DNA of 64,000 nt from Mobula hypostoma. Taxonomy: Eukaryota. Below are positions 59,846-64,000 of this stretch, piece by piece. Position 1 is the stretch's first letter, and each line of letters begins with the position of its first letter. Both the position numbers and the translations under genes were made by a program. The notes under the pieces are model-generated. The model worked only from the letters and a program-made list of their open reading frames with translations. It ran no database searches and was not told the origin of the DNA. Where the stretch lies: NCBI RefSeq assembly GCF_963921235.1, contig NC_086109.1:6884001-6948000 (forward strand), given 5' to 3'.

Positions 59846-62159
59846 CTGTTTAAAAACCGGCAGTTTAACCTTGCAAGACTAATGCGGTGTGTAGAAAGCC
59901 ACATGAATAGCGTGAGCTGGCCTCGGTAACCCTGCAGCCGAGGGGCTGCAAACACGTGAAGTGCTTTGGTCACGTCCAGATGCCACGTCTCTGCTCCCTG
60001 GTCTGCCCGGGCCGACAGCCGAGCAGCTGGGCAGCAGAAAGGTCAGCAGCCTGCTGACAATTCCGTGTGTCTGTGTGTGTGGGGGGGGGAGGAGGGCAGG
60101 CGAGGGTTAAAGAGTGGCAAATGGCCTGTTTAGCTTCACCGCTAACTGTTATTGAGGCCACTTAGATAAAACCTGAAAGGCTAGTTCCCCAAATTAGTGT
60201 TTAGATGCAGTGGGGAATGCGGTAAACAGTCACAGTTACAGTTGTTTATACTGGCTTTCTCCATGGCTCAAATTCTTTAGGATTTGAGGAGATTTGGTAT
60301 GAGCCAAAAACTCTTGCAGATTTCAGCTCTACTTCCCATTCACATTCCAACATATTGGTCTCCTCTGCTGCCACAGTGCGGCTACACTCAGGTTGGAGAA
60401 ACAACGCCTCACATTCCATCTGAGTAGCTTCCAACCTGATGAAATGAACTTCGATTTCTGGAACTTCTGGTAATTTCCACCCCAACTCTCCTTCACCTTT
60501 CCCCACCCTTGTTTCCCTCACACACCTTCTCTTCCTCACTGCACAGCAACTCCTCCCCTTTCCCTTTCTTCAATGGTTTTCAGTCCTCTCCTATCAGACT
60601 CCCCCTTCTCCAGCCTTTACCTCGTTCACCAATCAACTGCCCAGCTCTTTACGTTACCCCCTCCCCCTCTCCCGGTTTCACCTATCACCTACCACCTTGT
60701 ACTTTTTCCTCCCCTCCTCCCCACCTCCTTACTCTGACTTCTTCCCCCCTCCTTTCCACTCCTGATGAAGGGTCTCGGCCTGAAACGTTGACTGTTTATT
60801 CCCATCCATAGATGCTGCCTGACCTGCTGAGCTCCTCTAGCAGTTGTTTCTATTGGTCTTGCAGACTCCTACAGACCTACAGATGGGCAGCGTAGTAGTG
60901 CAGTGGTTAGTGCCAGACAGCACTGATCAGGGTTCAATTCCTGTCAGTGGCAGCGATCAGTTTGTGCGCTCTCCCCATCACCACGAGGGTTTCCTCCGGG
61001 TGCTCTGGTTTCCTCCCACAGTCCAAAGAGATATGGACTGTGGGAAAGCTACCCTGGCACCAGAAGCATGGTGGCACTTGCTGGCTGCCCCCACCACATC
61101 CCTGGATGGTGCTGGTGATGGTCATTGGCGCAAACGAAGCATTTCACTGTATGTATTGATGCACATTCGATAAATCCACTTAGTCTTTGATCTTTAAGTG
61201 CAGAGCATTCTGACTGGGCGCATCACTGCCTGGCGTGGGGACTTCGGTGTGCAGGATCAAAAGAGGCTGCAGAGGGTAATAGGCTCAGCCAGATCCATCA
61301 CAGGGACTATATCCCCACCAGACGAAGCAAATACAAAACAATCTAAAATGCAGGTAAGCCTGCTTCACTGTCCAGTAAGATGGGTTTTGAGAGTGTTACT
61401 CACACATCTTCCCATTGGAACCCATATGCCTAGGAATCCAGGAAACTACTCACCCCTTTGAACAAGGTCCTCTGACACGGAAGGAGGTACAGAAGTCTTA
61501 GGTCCCACACCACCAGGTTCAGAAGCAGTTATTAACTCCTTAGGCTCCCATCAGGTTCTTGAATTAGCATAGATTTCACTCACCTCAACATTAAACTGAT
61601 TCCACAACCTACCGACTCACTTTCAAGGACTCTAAAACTCATGTTCTCAGTATTATTTATTTATTATTAATAATATTCTTCTTCTTTTTTGTATTTTTAT
61701 TTATTTGCACAATCTGTCTTTTGCATATTGGTTGTCAGTCTTTATGTGTAGTTTTTCATTGATTCTATGTATCTACTGTGAAAAATGAATCTCAGGGTGA
61801 CATAAATGTGTTTGGATAATAAATTTATTTTGAATTTTGAACCCTTCCTTAGCAGTTTTGCAAAACCAGTTTGTGTGCCCTCACTCAGATGCTCAGGGAA
61901 GGGGATGTGAGTAAGCGGGAGATAGGTGACGTAAAGGGAAGTGTGGTTTCCTTTTATTTCCATTGTTGGTAAATTCAATCGGAGGACAACACACAGATGT
62001 ATAAATACCATTCTAGGCTCTTTAAACTGTTTTGCCTTGCAAATATTCTTGAAAGTCCGGGTATTTTGATGTGCTTCCTTAAAAATCAGAGTTGTAAATT
62101 CAAGTTTATTGTCATTCAACCACACACCATTGTTCCTCTGGGGCCAAAGTGCAAAACGC

Positions 62160-62755
62160 AGTCCATACAGTTACAAGCAGCACATATAGCAACACACAGT
62201 ACGTACAGTCAGACACAGCATGCACTGTACATACAGTCTCACACAGCATATACAGTCACACATACAGTACATACAGTCACACACAGCACAGTCACACATA
62301 CAGTACATACAGTCACACACAGCATGCACTGTACATACAGTCTCACACAACATATACAGTCACACATACAGTACATACAGTCACACACAGCACAGTCACA
62401 CATACAGTACATACAGTCATGCACAGTACATACAGTCACACATACAGTACATACAGTCACACACAGCATATAGCCACACACAGCATATACCGTCACACAC
62501 AGCACATACAGTCACACACAGCATATACAGTCACACACACAGCACATACAGTCACACACAACACATATAGTCACACATACAGTACGTACAGTCACACCCT
62601 GCACATACAGTCACACACACAGCACATACAGTCACACACACAGTACATACAGTCACACACAGCACATACAGTCACACATACAGTACGTACAGTCACACAC
62701 AGCACATACAGTCACACCCAGCACGGTCACACACTGTACATACAGTCACACACAT
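62160..62755. repeat. Low-complexity tandem array of ~12-21-bp cagtcacac(at)acag(t/c)acata units
   Basis: Directly visible; source of the repetitive HTYST/QSHTQ/TVTH ORFs. Confidence 0.95.
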
Positions 62756-63681
62756 GGCATAGGCTAAAGATTGACAGGTTGACATAAAGTGCAAGTTTCA
62801 TGTCTTTGTAAGACAGTGTATTGTCACTGACACTATCTCATTATGTTCATTGCTGTGCAGCTTCAGAAACCTTGCCATTTTAAGTGCAGCAGAGACGACA
62901 GACTTTGCTTTTCCTGTAACGTTTGTTGCCACGAAGGTTTCATCCTACTCAAAAGGTTTCACTGTTTTGAGTCTGCTCTTTCAGATTCGCCCCTGAACCA
63001 GACCACCGTACCTCAAAAGAGTTTCGAATCAAGTTCCTTCTGAATATTAGCACCTTCCAACAGCAAGACTTCCATTCATTTGACAATGTAAACATCCTAA
63101 AGCATTTCATCAGACCATCATCAAACATATATCGACATTGGGCAACATAGCACAGTACACGTCCTTCGACCTATGATATTGCACTGACCTAAGATCAACC
63201 TAACCCTTCCCTCTTTCATAGCCCTCCTTTTCTTATGATCCAGGTGCCTATCTAAGAGTCCCTTAATGCCCTTAACGTTTCTACCACCATTCTTTGCAGC
63301 ATGATCCATTTCTCTTACTTCTGACATTCCTCCCTATACTTTCCTCCAATCACCTTAAAACTATGCTTCCTCTTATTGGCCGTTTTCACCCTGGGAGAAA
63401 GTTTTTGGTTGTCCACTTGATCTGTGCCTCTTATCATCTTCACATCTCTGTTGAATCGCTTCTGATCTCATGACAACTTGCTATGCTTGATCTGTGAGAT
63501 ACATTGGATATGGTGAAATAAAAGAGGAAAGGAAAAGAAGAGATTTGTGACGGTATGCTAGCACAATGTTTTACAGCACCAGCTACAGGACTGTGGCTCA
63601 ACTCTTGCTGCTTTCTGTAAGGAGTTTGTACATTCTCCTCATGACCTCTTGGGTTTCCTCCCACATTCCAAAGAGTTAAAT

Positions 63682-64000
63682 TAAAGTAAAGGAATCTGTT
63701 AGTCTTGCGAGACCATGGATCTGCTCCTGGAAAGTCTTCACTCTCCAGGGCGCAGGCCTGGGCAAGGTTGTACGGAAGACCAGGAGTTGCCCATGCTGCA
63801 AGTCTCCCCTCTCCACGACACCGATGTTGTCCAAGGGAAGGGCATTAGGACCCATACAGCTTGGCACCAGTGACGTCGCAGAGCAATGTGTGATTAAGTG
63901 CCTTGCTCAAGGACACAACACGCTGCCTCGGCTGGGGCTCGAACTCATGACCTTCAGGTTGCTAGTCGAATGCCTTAACCACTTGGCCACGTGCCCACTC
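63682..64000 (-). mobile_element. tRNA-derived SINE with CORE-like segment
   Basis: Minus strand A-box TGGCCAAGTGG, B-box GAGTTCGAGCC, then gtccttgagcaaggcacttaa (CORE/MIR-like). Confidence 0.75.

Noticed and set aside
61997..62787. Long His/Thr/Ser-rich ORFs on both strands
   Set aside because: They are translations of a low-complexity tandem repeat that lacks stop codons.

Overview
Eukaryotic, repeat-dominated, almost entirely non-coding DNA. The repeat families (CR1/HER1-type LINEs, HE1-type V-SINEs, Rex1/Babar LINEs, Penelope-like elements, Tc1 and hAT MITEs) point to a cartilaginous fish, probably a ray (inference). I find no intact protein-coding gene, and nearly all listed ORFs are transposon remnants or repeat artefacts. 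Main contents: (1) A decayed endogenous retrovirus on the minus strand (~128-6074). It has two LTRs, a tRNA-Pro primer-binding site, a PPT, a two-zinc-knuckle Gag in frame with protease, retroviral-type RNase H and integrase C-terminal remnants, and most of pol is deleted. (2) Two exons of a damaged GH18 chitinase (CHIA/CHIT1-like) at 6879-7217. (3) About 15 copies of a minimal type I hammerhead-ribozyme motif carried by Penelope tails, including a 98-bp stand-alone insertion with a 12-bp TSD, plus a second hammerhead variant. (4) A deeply nested transposon stack inside a Tc1 element (24755-28965). (5) Four solo LTRs with TSDs and two tandem arrays. Repeat boundaries without a stated TSD are approximate. 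All family assignments are by eye, without database searches.
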